A stretch of DNA of 64,000 nucleotides from Vicinamibacterales bacterium (GTDB lineage Bacteria > Acidobacteriota > Vicinamibacteria > Vicinamibacterales > UBA8438): the NCBI GenBank assembly GCA_965200475.1, contig CBDAUL010000009.1:53893-117892 (forward strand), given 5' to 3'. The position numbers and the translations under genes are program-made. Under the pieces are notes generated by a model. The model worked only from the letters and a program-made list of their open reading frames with translations. It was not told where the DNA came from and ran no database searches. Shown here in pieces: positions 63,522 through 64,000 of the stretch; position 1 is the stretch's first letter, and each line of letters starts with the position of its first letter.

Positions 63522-64000
63522 ATGACGATGATGCGGAACCGGCGCCGGACGCCGCTGGCAGGGTTTGTGGTTCTCACCGTGGCTATCGCTGCTGTCGTTG
63601 CATTCCCGCCGTCGGCCGCCGCGCAGACCGGGGCCGCGGACGAGGTGACGTTCAGCCGCGACATCGCCCCGATCCTCCAGCGGAGCTGCCAGAAGTGCCA
63701 CCGCCCGGACGCCCTGGCGCCGATGTCGCTGATCACCTACCAGGAAGTGCGGCCCTGGGCCAGGGCGATACGGAACCGCACCGCGCTGCGCGACCAGCCG
63801 GGCGTGATGCCGCCCTGGTTCATCGAGAAGGACATCGGCATCCAGTCGTTCAAGGACGATCCCTCGCTGTCCGACGCCGAGATCCGCCGCATCGCGAAGT
63901 GGGTCGAGAACGGCGCGCCGGAGGGCGACCCGGCCGACCTGCCGCCGCCCGTCGAATTCCTGGGCGCGAACGAATGGGAGATTGGCGAGCCCGACCTGAT
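63522..64000 (+). CDS. Exported c-type haem protein (PSCyt-like N-terminus), 3' end outside window
   Basis: Open to the window end from ATG 63522, with AGGAGG upstream. Signal peptide. FSRDIAPILQRSCQKCHRPDALAPMSL contains CxxCH. Confidence 0.75.
   Translation, partial: MTMMRNRRRTPLAGFVVLTVAIAAVVAFPPSAAAQTGAADEVTFSRDIAPILQRSCQKCHRPDALAPMSLITYQEVRPWARAIRNRTALRDQPGVMPPWFIEKDIGIQSFKDDPSLSDAEIRRIAKWVENGAPEGDPADLPPPVEFLGANEWEIGEPDL

Overview
Gene-dense, very GC-rich bacterial chromosomal segment (by eye two thirds G+C or more). It holds about 70 credible protein genes and 2 tRNAs, with no rRNA and no CRISPR. Left third: a translationally coupled aromatic amino-acid supraoperon (trpE'-G-D-C-F-B-A, AroQ chorismate mutase, type I-beta DAHP synthase with an N-terminal regulatory domain, tyrA) followed by a JAMM/MPN+ protein. 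Then come pepA, a cell-wall amidase, ftsK, RNase J and an SOS node (lexA-DUF3467-nth-rsmA divergent from pfkB-hyp-recG-rsmD-coaD). Middle: an aminotransferase, an FAD oxidase, one intact IS5/IS1182-type insertion sequence, an ArnT-like glycosyltransferase, rho, a CDGSH protein, a heat-shock operon hspR-cbpA(dnaJ-like)-clpB, an NSS transporter, a bacilliredoxin, a CpfC-type ferrochelatase, surE and tRNA-Pro(CGG). Right third: a fused double YjbQ-like protein, a serine hydrolase, a TPR protein, acyP, apt, a seven-gene MoxR/DUF58/VWA (Bat-like) operon, an MBL hydrolase, a formamidase and tRNA-Arg(CCT). The tRNA-Arg is followed by a roughly 4.1 kb decayed composite island (toxin-antitoxin genes, HK97-type phage head-gene debris, an IS fragment) bounded by repeats of the tRNA 3' end. 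After it come aguBA and a haem-c protein that runs off the window. The most unusual non-genic signal is two families of structured intergenic repeats of about 90 nt. Family A has 7 copies plus a fragment, mostly in direct tandem pairs. Family B has 5 copies, and its terminal hairpin shows compensatory base-pair changes between copies. I did not find a convincing, wholly new multi-gene system. The best follow-up candidates are the repeat families, the tandem tRNA-Arg island, the extended MoxR/VWA operon and the fused double YjbQ protein. Taxon guess (inference only): Acidobacteriota-like. All family calls come from motif recognition by eye; no database search was run.
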